From NCBI GenBank assembly GCA_010093605.1, contig MU004184.1:1498801-1562800 (forward strand): a DNA stretch of 64,000 nucleotides, given 5' to 3'. Origin of the DNA: Lophium mytilinum (Eukaryota). Numbering within the stretch: the first letter of the stretch is position 1; every line of letters begins with the position of its first letter. The notes below the pieces were generated by a model. That model ran no database searches. It had not been told where the DNA came from and worked only from the letters and a program-made list of their open reading frames with translations. Positions 46,649 to 58,900 of this stretch are shown piece after piece. Position numbers and translations under genes: made by a program.

Positions 46649-47932
46649 ATGCGGTCTACATTCGCTCTCCTCGCCCTCGCGGCTGGTGCCTTCGCGAGGC
46701 CACAAGGCATCACTGCTGAGATTGCCCCCACAGCAACTGCTCCAGCAGGCTGCTCGCCCACCTATCCTGGCACTTTCGAAATCACCGTCGTTAACGTCAC
46801 CACGTCCAAGAAGCGGGATCTTGTACAAGTATGTCTTAGGTTATACCATACATCTCATTCCCAGCGCTAATAGTATCGCAGAGACAAAAATCTGGCGTCT
46901 TAACGCTGTCTCTCGCTGGGGGTGTCCTACATGACCAGGCAGGTCGAACTGGGTACATTGCCGCCAACTATCAGTAAGAACATCCTTGTCTTGCGTTATT
47001 GAGAGCATGTTCTGACATCTCCGAACAGATTCCAGTTCGACGAACCCCCACAGACAGGTGCTATCTATACGAGTGGCTTCTCGGTCTGCGGAAACGGATC
47101 GCTTGCCCTCGGTGGATCCGCCATCTTTTACCAGTGCGACAGCGGCAATTTCTTCAACCTCTACGACCGGTCCTGGGCTGCTCAGTGCACTCCCATCTAC
47201 ATCGTTGCCGAGGGTGGTGCTCCTGCTGCATCTCAGAAATCTGATGGCCAGCCTGGTGCGACCACCGTTGTCTCGCAGCTCACTGATGGCCAGCCGCAAG
47301 GCACGACCATTCTTGCACCTGTCACTCAGATCACCGATGGTCAGCCCCAAGGTCCCACGGGCCTCCCAGTCACGCAGATCTCGGACGGACAGCCGCAAGG
47401 CCCTACCGGAGCTCCTGTGTCTCAAATATCAGACGGACAGCCGCAAGCCCCAACTGGCGCTCCCGTCTCTCAACTGTCTGACGGCCAGCCGCAGGCTCTC
47501 ACTGCTGCTCCTGTCTCTCAGATTTCTGATGGCCAGCCTCAGGCTCCCACTGCTGTTCCCGTCTCTCAACTCTCTGACGGCCAGCCGCAGGCTCTCACTG
47601 CTGCTCCTGTATCTCAGATTTCTGATGGCCAGCCTCAGGCTGCTACCGGCGCCCCCGTCTCTCAAATATCTGACGGCCAGCCCCAAGCCGCGACAGGTGC
47701 CCCCGTCTCTCAGATCTCTGATGGCCAACCTCAGGCTGCTACCCCCACACCCACACCCACCGCCACCGGCGCACCTGTCTCTCAGATCTCTGATGGACAG
47801 CCTCAGGCCCCTACCAATGGCACTGTCTCCCTCACTGCCTCACCATCTCAATTTACTGGCGCCGCTGCGTCGCCAGTCTATAACCTTGGTGCAATGGCGG
47901 CCGGTCTCCTTGGTGTTGCTGCAATGCTATAG
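46649..47932 (+). CDS. PIR-family covalently linked cell-wall protein with 12 internal repeats and a GPI-like tail; 3 exons
   Basis: Signal peptide, Kex2-like KKR, GVLHDQAGRTGYIAANYQFQFD..GAIYTSGFSVC..FYQC..NLYD..AQC (PIR Cys domain), and repeats of SQISDGQPQA. Confidence 0.92.
47231..47810 (+). repeat. Coding minisatellite, mostly 48-bp units (16-aa PIR repeat)
   Basis: 12 copies of Q-x-S/T-DGQPQ/G. Units 6-7 and 8-9 form a near-identical 96-bp higher-order duplication. Confidence 0.9.
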
Positions 47933-50900
47933 ATCCGTGTAACTCACCGCACGAACCTCATCACCTTAGCTACATCTCGGTTAACACCACACGATCCTTA
48001 CGACTGTCAATGTTACGACACTATGATTACGACAAGCGTCAAAAGCAAGCATATGGTGGTTTGCATTTGTAGGCGGAGCAACATGTCATGCTAGTAGTCA
48101 TCAATCTTACTAAAGCGCGATATTCTTGTGAATAGTAGTTGATCTTCACCATCTTCTTAATGGATGGGTTGATAAGGTTGTAGTTACTGGTATGAAGAGG
48201 ATCGGTGCCTGCCTTCGGCAGGCGTAATATTTAATCACTTCAATTGAATCAAATACTTGTATCTTATTCATAGTACGTTGCTTGCCCTTTACTTTTGCCC
48301 ACTTGATACCATTGTGAGGAGTTGCTCAATTGATCCATTTCAGTCGGTCCAAATACTGCCTAAAATGCAAGGTGTAGACTTTGACATGATGCTCGAAATT
48401 CTAAAATCCGACGGAGGTACGCCAAACAGCCGCAAACAGTTGTGAGAAAATGTTGGGAAAGATAGGATCGTTGCCGGCAGGTAAGATTTGTCGATAGCAT
48501 TGTCTTTCCTTCGATCTCTCTCGGCACTTCAGAGGATGGTCACTATATTCACTTGCCTTTAAATCCACCGGGCCGAATTTCAATGTCGAAATCATGACAT
48601 CCAACCTTTCAAACGTCAGATACACCAAGGGGACTTTGCAGGTTTACAGCCATGTGCAAAATTGTGGTACTAATGCTCCAATTCGAACTATTAACCATGC
48701 ACATTCCTCTTATGACCTAGCGAAGGCTTTGGCTGCAAAATGCAGTCTCCAGTATTCAACATCGCATTTGCATGCGTAACATCACGCCAGGGCACCTCAG
48801 ACGCTGGCGGAGGCGTGTGAAAATTAAGCTTTTGAAGCTTGTCTAATCCGCGACCTTCAGTGTTTCACAGCTGGTTCAGATAAATGAGAACGTACTGGAG
48901 GACTTCAGACAGTAGCAGCTGTGTGTATGCCCTTCCCTATGATCAGTATGACAAGCCACGCCAGTATTTTGTCAGATCTCTGAAGCGCAACCTTGGTGAC
49001 CCTTTCTTGTCACCCTATTCCACCATCCTAAATCATAAGGCTATGCTTGAAACATTGTTGAGTGTGATATTCTGATAGGGCTAGGGGTGTCTCAGAGCTT
49101 TATATGGATGCGCAGTTCTCTTCTCATATGCCCTCAATCCAGGACGTGCCTTCGAGTCGCATCATGTTTTAGAACCTTATTCCAAGATCCTAATTCATGG
49201 AGGAGCGCTATCAGCATCGTCTTGTGTGTCCTTCTAGTAGACCGTAGGGTGTCTCAAGAGCGTAATGTCATGTGCCATTTCAGTGTTCGCTTTCTCTTGA
49301 TTTGCACTATCGGTAATATTGGAGCCTATGGATTAAGTCCACAGATTTGGGGTCATGTGGTCCTACCGAAGACCCCCTCACGTTACTACGCAAAATCCGT
49401 TAAAAATGACATGAACGCGACAGAATGAATCGTGCGACTAGAAACATATTCTTTTAGTCAACGCGAAGCTCTCCTGTCACATATAATTATAACTTGACGC
49501 GAATGTACCAAAAGGGAGTCTACAGATTGAGGGTGCCGATTCCGGGTTCCAGTAGATGCTATGAAGCACTCCTGGGGTATCTACTTGTAGTGTCATAGAC
49601 ATAAACCAATTTACAGGCTGTTGAATGGGATGTGATGCCTCGAGTCAATGAGGCCAATGCAAAACTCTTTTCGTGTGTTAGCTGATAGTTGTGTGAGGAT
49701 GTCATGAACTTAAGACTGTAGTTCGAGCGTACGTATACCTCCGACCAGCTTATCTCCTCCCACTTCTATGTTGATTCAGCGCCGTATCTATTATTCATAA
49801 GCAAAATCACTCCCGGCCCAACCCCAACTTCGGCTCAGTCACTGTTCTGTCTGCATTGCCACTACTCCGGGCGGACACTCTCAACTCACCATTCTATCCG
49901 AACTCCGTTAGCCAGCCCGATTATAGGAAATCTTGTTCTGGCTCTTCTGTCAACTCTACGCCAAAGGCTGAACTGGCAAAACCCAGAAATGGACCACATT
50001 GTGAAATTTGCAGCAGTGGCCCATTTTTGAGCCAATCCAGATGATGTCCTAGAACTGGACCAGTTATGTACTATAATCACCGAAGCTAGCTCTAGATAAC
50101 GCTGTCCTGCCGCCAGTGTATCAAATGAATAGGGCTTTTTCTGCACCTATGTGTCCAATATTGTTTAGGCTAGGTCAACCACAACTGTGCTACAAGAGGA
50201 GCGGTAGAGCAAATTCGTCGCTGGCCATCGCCCTCCTAGATTTTCGAAAGACCAGAGGCTCATTATTTATATCCATAAAATCAAGTTTGAAAAGACATAT
50301 ATTTCTCCTGACGTAGACATCAACAGCAAGGACTCGAGTCGTATAGACGGCTCAAAACCGCTATATAGAGTCAGTTACTTAAGCCTCATTCGACGCGGAG
50401 TTCTACGCCGCTGTTCGCGCGGAGCTCTGGTCCGCAGCCAGGAGGAAGCCCCTCCACCCCTATTTACACGTACATAGAGCTTCACGCTACTACTTCAATC
50501 AAGCAGAGTCAACCACCTAAATCTGAGTCAGGAATCAGGATCTCTGGTGCGCTCGCCCTAGAAATCGACCTCTTTCTCAACATGAGAGGCTTTTGGGAAG
50601 TATAGTTTAGAAGGTCAAAAGGCATCAATTAGCGTAGAACTCAATGATATAGGAATTAGTAGCTTTAGCTGTTGAAAATCGGTTGGTTGGGCTCAGCGCT
50701 AGCCAGGCCCCTTACCAGCCCCCTCCCAGCCTTCTCCTTTTGTTCATATACATAGCCTACGTACATCGTACAATACAAAAAAATCAATTCATTCAAGCTT
50801 CCTCAATTTCTATCTTAACATTAGCAATGGTAATACTGACAGCCTGCCTAGGTATGATCATGATCATAATAGTGGATACTGGGAAGAAGAGATAGGGATG

Positions 50901-51496
50901 TAGGTCACGTAATCCAGTATTATCTATGCAAGTGGACATTTTTGCAACATACGCATCATTGCATCGCGTCAAGTAGATGTAGTAGAATGGAATGGAGATA
51001 AAAAGCGAGACGCACGACGAAACAGGTGAGGGGCAGGAAAGTTGTCGAGCGAGGCTGTGCATGCCGCAGCTTGATTGACTGCAGATGCCGGAAACACGGT
51101 AGATCTTCAGCTTGGGAGAATAAAGGTTACTGACAGGTTATGGGCAGCCATGGAGGCTCTGCGGTTTGCAGCTCCTAGATTTGGAAAGAGTGTGCTCAGT
51201 AAATAGAGACAGCAGTGAGTAAACTTTTATTTTATTCTTCTAGGCTTCCTTCACTCGATGCTTTGGTGATAGGCAGTTCCTCACCGGTCGAGCACGGCAG
51301 CCATGAGGCCTGCGGGGTATCCCTTCACAATTCATTGGCTACGCCCGCATGACCAGCCTGTTTCCTTTGGAGATAAGGAGGCCAGCGGATTGCGTCTATT
51401 TATAGTCTAAGGCATCACGAAGAGAAAAGGCCTGATGCTCGCCCATCCAGCCTGTTGTTCAGACCAACTGCCTACTTTGCAAACTACCAATCCATT

Positions 51497-54059
51497 ATGG
51501 CCGAGAATGGGAACGTTAAGGCAACGGGCCACTTTTTTAGCAGCCGATTGAAAAAGTTTGAGCCTCTTGTCAAGAAGCGTTTGGAAGAAGGCGTGCTCAT
51601 TCGGAAACCCAAAGAGCTCTTCGCAGTAAGTACTCTTTCCGCAGACCTTAAAAACGCTATGCCATAGCAGGGTCAGGCTGATGCAATGACAGCGTCTCCG
51701 ATTAGACGAGTATGTATATGGGCCATTACCCTCGCCAACTTGCATCCGGCTTTTTCGAATTCAGCCCGGGCTGGGATCGGAGACCATTCGGTGTTCCCTC
51801 AGCATCGTGGACCTGAACGACAATCCCAGTTATATAGCCCTTTCATATTCATGGAAAAGAGACAGAACAGTGGGTTCCCTATTATCCAAAACAATGAGTT
51901 TCGTGGTTGAAGCCGGTCGATGGGAGGCGTCAACCTTTCTGAGGAAGGCCTTTCGGTTGAGAGAGCGAAATGAGGACGAATCGGACGCGCATTTTATGGA
52001 TGTCCTCGAGAAGCTGAAAAATTCGTCAGATAGCCGGGATAGCACGACGAGACATACCATCATATGTGACGGCAGATCGATGACGGTCCAGCCGAACCTT
52101 TACGATGCCTTGCTTCGGCTGCGGCAAATGGCGCCCGCGGATTATTGGATCGACGCCGTGTGCATCAATCAGCAGAACGATCAGGAACGAAGCGCTCAGG
52201 TTCATATGATGGCGAGTATCTATCGCTCCGCCGATCAGGTGTTGGTGTGGCTAGGAGTACTACCCACGCTGCTATCCCCTGGTATCGAGAAGTTCTGTCA
52301 TGCGTTTGGACCACAGTCCGAGGCAGGCCCAGCGATACCCAAGAAGGAAGACGGAAAATTCTCGTATTTTGGAGAGTTTATACTGGCAACGGTCTACATT
52401 CTGACTCGCCGATGGTTCCGTCGCCTATGGATCGTTCAAGAGACATGTCTGGCGGACGATATAATTTTCATTCTGGGTGATCAACAGATCAATGCCAACA
52501 CGATTGTTGCGGCTGTGGTGTGGATGACCGATTTCGCCCAAAGCGAACTCGCACCCATTTTTGGTTTTGCGAATGAGTTCATATCACTGTGGGAGACTAT
52601 CAAAACCTATCCCACAATGCTGGCTTCCCGCAGGTTCTTCGGTGAAGGCGGTAAATGGACTTTAGACGAGTGGTTGAGAGTATGCAAAGGAAGGAAAGCG
52701 TCAGATTCAAAAGATTTGGTGAATGCCGGATTATCACTAATAGACCCGGAGACGTTAGTGATCGACCGGACCCTGCAGCTCGAAGAGCCCGGCGAAGTAC
52801 CAAGCTCTGCTCTATGGGAGATCTTACACGCCGATTACACCGTTGAAACGTCCGAGGTCCTTCTCAACGTCGCTGCATGTCTGCTTTCAAGGCGGCAAGG
52901 GGTGAATCAGCTACTGGCATGGACGCTTCGCTTCCGTAATCCTCCCAAGATCGGCGACAAACTACCAGAGCTACCCCTATCCTCAATCCCTTCATGGGTA
53001 CCTGACCCCTCGCCTTGGACCTCCCATGTCCTAGAACCGTATTTTATGCTCAATTGCCCCAACATTCCCCTTCCTCTACCCAGTCAAAGCAAAAGCAAAA
53101 TCAAGGATCCTGGCCCGCGAATTTCTGCAGATGGCACAACACTTTTCCTGACTGCGGCCTACCTTGACAAGATCTCCACCGAATGTCCCACGATTGGCTT
53201 TCTGGCTGGCGACCACACTACACTACCGAGATTCCTCGAGTGGCTTGGGAATGCAGTCCCACGTGTATACCGGCCCACCGGACAGCTCGGAGTGGAGGCT
53301 CTTGTGAAAATCTTAACAACAGGCTACCGCTTGCAAGATGAGGCGAATTACGTGCATCAGGGAGAGGTGATGGAGCATTTTTGTGACCTGCTCGGAACTA
53401 GTATTTCTGATGCAATAGAAGAAACGCACAAGAAAGGCATGACGAACGCCAATCGCCAAAAAGTTGACAAACTCATACAGTTCTACGAGAGAGTACGAGA
53501 AGTTCATCCAGATATACCATGGTCCGAGAAACCTACACAAATTTTGGACAAGCTTGGTAATCCAGAGGCAGTACAGGAAGATACTGGAAAAGACGAAGAG
53601 AGAGAGAAAAGTGGCACAGATGAACAGCGGTATCAAAACAGGACTTTAGGGGAACTCTTAGGTATACTAGGAGCATTCTGGTCCGTTCCAGGAATAGTAA
53701 ACCTGAGCATATTTACAACGCTGCTAGGAGGGTATATGGGAATAGGACCCGCATGGGTCCGAGAAGGGGACGATGTTATTCTTCTCGCTGACGGCTGGGC
53801 TCCGTTCATATTCGCACACGTCGAGGAGATTGCGATGAGGAAAGTGCGGCGAATCAACAAGGAACTCGAGACTTTGGCGAATACTAGGACTGCGAGGTTG
53901 CGGAGGCGCGAGCTGGAGGAGGAACTTAGAAAAGTTGAGGATTCGGTAGGAGGTAAAGATGATTGGGCTTTGGTCGGAGAAGCCTATGTGGAGGGAGTTA
54001 TGGACGGTGAAGTCGCTGCTACTCTGGAAAGTAGGATGCATCGCATTAGCGTTATTTAA
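51497..54059 (+). CDS. Heterokaryon-incompatibility HET-domain protein (HET-6-like); intron 51626-51692
   Basis: YGPLPSPTCIRL, YIALSYSW, VQPNLYDALLRLR, WIDAVCINQ..ERSAQVHMMASIYRSADQVLVWLG, WFRRLWIVQE, PSWVPD, GIGP..REGDDVILL, LVGEAYVEGVMDGE. Confidence 0.92.
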
Positions 54060-54660
54060 GTGGCGTGTATTTCGATATATAGGGTGGCTTGATGGACGGT
54101 CTGACGAGGACAGCTAAACTTAGGAGGGCCATTGGTATGCCTACTTAGGACGCTCTGACTTCTGGGTTCGTTAGGCGCCTTGAATCTGGCACTACTCGGG
54201 TGCAAGCGAGGAAAGGATTAGCAATGAGGGCTGGTTATTTCAATCTCATTCTTCAAATCGTCAACGCTACCAATTGATCTTCGACTTGTTCTTCCCAACG
54301 ACCCATGTCTCATACGCTGTGCATACCAAGTACCTCAGCCATTGTCAACATATACCATTCTGATTACGGAGCTATGGCAATAGCATCTTGAGAGATAAGC
54401 AAGTATTCCTTTCGGGGTCATTTATGTCGTCGTTATGTTATCTTCTTGCAAAATCATGAAGGGAAATAATGGTCCCCGTACCAATGCTTTGATTGGTTCG
54501 ATAGGAAGAGTCATTCTTACAAGGGGTCGTGCTTCCGCCAAGGCCGCATAGCTCCGCCTGCAGCAACGTCATTGGGAGCTCCAACGTCGAACCTTGAAGA
54601 AGCAGCTTTGCTTCTGTCTTCAACGACCAAGCCATCAATTCATCATCCAACCCCGACAAA

Positions 54661-55247
54661 ATGTTCAAGAATCTCTTCCGCGAGGTACATAACACTCTCC
54701 AATGGCGGAAAATCTGCTAATGCCTTGCTCAGACCGGCGCAAAAGACGTCGTAACACTCTTCCACAAGCCCTCTGTGCCAGCATCAGCTCGCGTCCTCAC
54801 GATTCTCAAACAAGCCAACGCTCACTCCGTAGCTCACGCAACCGAAGACCAGGCAAGCAACCACCAGACTCAGAGCAAAGCCGAGCGCCATGAATTTGAG
54901 CTCGACGTGACCGAGGCTCCCCCAACCAGCGACCAGCTGAGGAACATACTGGAGTATCTTGGCGCTGGCGCCCCTGGTAGAGTCATAAGGGGAGCGAAGG
55001 ATGAAGCAGATGCGATGAGGAAGCTGAAAGAGGATGGAGAGAGCTTCCAACGGCCATTGGTAAGTGTTGCATGTCCGGTCGACTCCCGGGGTCTTAACTA
55101 ACACGACAACAGGTGGTGGACTGGAACAAGGGCAAAGCAGGTAATAAAGCATTCGATCTATGTGTGCCACAGTTTGACTAATTATGGGTAGTCTTCGGTG
55201 AGAACCAGTCAGAGATTCTGGCTTTATTGAAGTCGATACCGAAGTAG
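54661..55247 (+). CDS. Mitochondrial thioredoxin-like DUF1687 protein (Fmp46-like); 4 exons
   Basis: Spliced MFKNLFRE|TGAKDVVTLFHKPSVPASARVLTILKQ..FELDVTEAPPTSDQLRNILEY..FQRPL|VVDWNKGKA|VFGENQSEILALL. Confidence 0.85.
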
Positions 55248-55932
55248 ATGGTGTCTCCTGTGCTCATGCTGATCAAAGCGGCACCTGTAAAAGTGATACT
55301 GAGTTGCAATTAAGCGCATGGATACTCTCCAAAGACTGCGTGCAAACGATTGTAAATATTATGTGTTTGGAAGAGTAACGGCCCCCCGCGTGCAACAAAC
55401 AAGGCACATCAATCGTCCTAGTAGGTGCAACTAATCAACAACGTAGCTGTAGCCAGCCATAAAGGCGTAAGCAAAGGTTTGTGTACATGAGTGACCAAAG
55501 CGTAGAATAAATCAGAAAAATCCAATGAACACAACTGGCACTGGTGCCTCTGATCATACTTGAGTGCCGCTGTGGACTAGTCTCGGCGAGGAAATCTCTC
55601 ATAACTGCTTCCAACCCATCTCTCAGCACTTTCTTTCGTAGATCTGCAGCGGTGATTCTTTCCATCTGTTAAGGTTTAGCAGTTCGCAGGCGACGGGCGC
55701 GCAGCTGCTCGGCCAGCTTCGCCTGACGTCTTCTGGATTCACCCGCCAAACCAAAACACCGACCTCGCTCGCTGCTTCCTCACCACCTCCTTTCTTCATC
55801 CACCACCTTCCACCCTCTTTCTCCTGCGTACGCTCTCCATTTCGTCCGCCAGCTATCTCGCACCGTCCGCTCGCTGGACGCACCCCTATCCACGCTTGTC
55901 TCCGGCGCCGCTCGCTACTCCAATCGCCCAAC

Positions 55933-58900
55933 ATGGAGTACAGCACGAGGCCGCTGGCATTACCCCCCGCAAACCACCCTTGTCTCATCTCCACCGACCT
56001 GGGCAAGCGTGCGCCCCGATCGATCGGCTTGCCGCCATACCCGCCCGTCATCGTCCGTAGCGACAGAGCTGCTGCTGTCAAGGACTTTGCGTCGCGCTGC
56101 AAGCAAAAGTACCCCGACACCTGTCGCTATGTCTACCCGGGATGTCAGACCAAAGATCTCTTCGACGACTACGACATCCACGTCGAAGAAGGCAAGTTCC
56201 TTGACGAGGTGATTCGATACCTGGCCGCCGAGAACATAGAGCAAGTCCACATCTTCTGTTACAAATGGAGCGAGGCCAACCGTGACCGTGTCCTGGAAGT
56301 CGCGCAAATATGGCACGATAACCCCGCAAACCCTCTCGAGATCGTGGACGCGTGCGGGCTGTTCCAACATGAGGATATCCACATCTATGGCCGCGAGTTC
56401 CTCTGGCATGCGCTGAACGAGATGAAGGCCTCTCTTATAAAGGTCGCTGAATCTCAGGCAGCAGCTAGACTCAAGCAAGAGCAAGAAGCGGACAGAACCC
56501 CCAATCAGGTGCCTGCAGCTGCAGCTCCAGCATCGAGCTACCCTCCACAGCAAGACCCTCAACTACGGGGCGGCCATCTGTCAGATAGCGCGCCGCTCGC
56601 ACATGCTGATCATGTCCCTTCCCGTAAGTTCCTGCCCTTCAAAGCTCTCACACAGGCCTTCCAGCGGCGGTCGTTCACTAACTTCGAGCTTACAGAACTT
56701 GCCTATCAAAAGCGTGGTAAGGGCGGGGAACTTCCTCGAGCCCCGATGCGTCAACAACCCGCGAATCCCGATGTGAGGCGCATACTCTCGGCCGAACAGC
56801 CTATGCCTAGCGATACAACAGCATCGATGCGATCGGAGATAAACGTGCAGCGACCTATAACTACACCTCAACAGCCCGGCGCAATGAGCTTGCCACATAC
56901 CCCGACTTTCCGGACAGCATTTCTCAATGCCCCGCCAGGAGCCGCTACGCAACTGTCTCACCCTCCGAATGCGCATACGCGTCAACATTCTGGCGGAAAT
57001 GCTGAGAACATGGGTCCACGTGGTCCCGTTTCCCATCATCGAGTCCGTCAGACATCTAGTGGTGTCCCTAATGCGGCCCAGTCGCCCCGATATCCCCACC
57101 CTGTAGAGGCTGTCAAGATGCAAGGGCAGTCGCTCAGACCAACACCATCACAGAACCATCCGAGCATGGCGATCTCGCCATCGTACGCAACGCACGGGCT
57201 CTACGGCGCAGCGCAATTCTACCAAGCAGCACCTATGGGATTACAGGTCCATCCATCTTCGCAGATGATGATGAATCCAAATATGATGCCTGGAATCCCC
57301 TATGACGCGATGCCGGTTGGCCCCCATGGGCAAATTGTGTACCAGATCGCGGACGCCACCAACGTCCAGCCCCCCAATAGCTCTCTCGTTCCCATAAACA
57401 CGAATCAAGCCTATTACCAACAGGGCGCCACAGTAGTCCAAGCAGTCCATACGAAGCAGCCTCAGCTGTTTGACCCTTATGGCGACGCCAATCCCGGCTT
57501 CGCCCAGATGCCTCGGGGCAAAGGGAAGGGCAAAAATAGCTTTTCAGGAAATCCTAACAAGGGTCGAAAGTTCTCGTCCGGCTCGTACAGCCGTGGAGGT
57601 CAGGGTCAATACACAGGAGATGGTGGGTACCAGCAGAACGCCAACTACCCGGGTACAGTCCCTTACGGCGCAAACCAACCTGGAGGTAACCTTCAAAACC
57701 AAACTCAGCAAGTCTTTCGAGGGCCGCGCAATCAGGAGTCACAAGGTCATTCAGGCCAATGGTCAGCGAACCACGGAAGTAGGCATCCATCTGGATCGGG
57801 ACCCCAAGCCATGGAGCCGTTCCCTGCCTTCGAAAACCAGCAACAGCAATTCCAGGCTCCAACTTTCTCTGGGCAACGCATGCCTCCAAGTCAGCCGTCA
57901 AAATCCCGTCACTCTGACTCGCGACCCTCATTCGGCAGCAATCCAGCTGATGGGGTCTCAAGCCAGGGATACGGAGGCCGGATGGGCCCTAATTGTGGGG
58001 AAGACTGGATTGGTCCTGATGCAATGCACATCAGACAGGTTTGGGTTCACGGATTTCAAGTCCACGACAATGCTGCAGCAGGGTTGGCAAAATGGTTTGA
58101 GGAGAAGGTTGGAAGTTCTGTAGTTCGGGTGGATATGAGGACAGACAAGAACAGCACGAATTACGCATACGTTCAGTAAGTTCCCCGCTAGAGCGAGATA
58201 ACTCTACTAGAGTGCTAACTCGTTTCTACAGTTTTAACACCAGAAACGACGCCGAAAAAGCCCTGAGCTTGAATGCCAAAATCTACGAGAACCGGCCCCT
58301 ATACATCAAGGTGCCACTAAAGTTCTACGAACCTGACACGCGTCCTTTCCAACAGGAAGCCGGCTCAGGACACAACAAATCTCGACGTACAAGCAACGCT
58401 TATAGCACCAGCGGCTTTAACCCAGCCTTTCAAGGACGTCCGTATGGCTTTAGCTCTCCGAAGATCGAACGGCCACAGCGTCAATCATCTCAAGATCCGA
58501 CTCCGAACAAGAAACCTGGCAAGCATGGCGGTCAACCATCTGTCACTCCTACCTATTCTCCCCAGGACGCCAGGAGCGACTTGAATCGGCAGCCGAGCCA
58601 AGAGAACTTTGCCGGTAGGGGCAGCCCCGAGATGAAGAAAGGGAAGAAGTCAGCCAGGACTTCGCCGAAAAAGCTGAAGCAAGAAGAGGTTGGAGACATG
58701 TTAGGTCGCGCCAGTCAGACCCAGTCGTCGAGCCCTGTCGAAGATGGAAAGGTGAAGTCCGAAGTTACTGCTCGGGAGCCCAGCGTTGCTCCAAGCCAGG
58801 CGACCTCCTTACTGGACTCTGATAGTCCTCCACAAACATCTGCTACTGCTCCTGATAACATCGCGGACACGGAGCTCAAAGTTGAGACAGCTAGCGCGGA

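Noticed and set aside
47058..47942. 294-aa Leu/Ser/Arg repeat ORF
   Set aside because: It is an alternative frame of the PIR repeat array.
48207..48224. GC hairpin gcctgcc-ttc-ggcaggc resembling a rho-independent terminator
   Set aside because: A short stem in a fungal 3' region with no U-tract, expected by chance.
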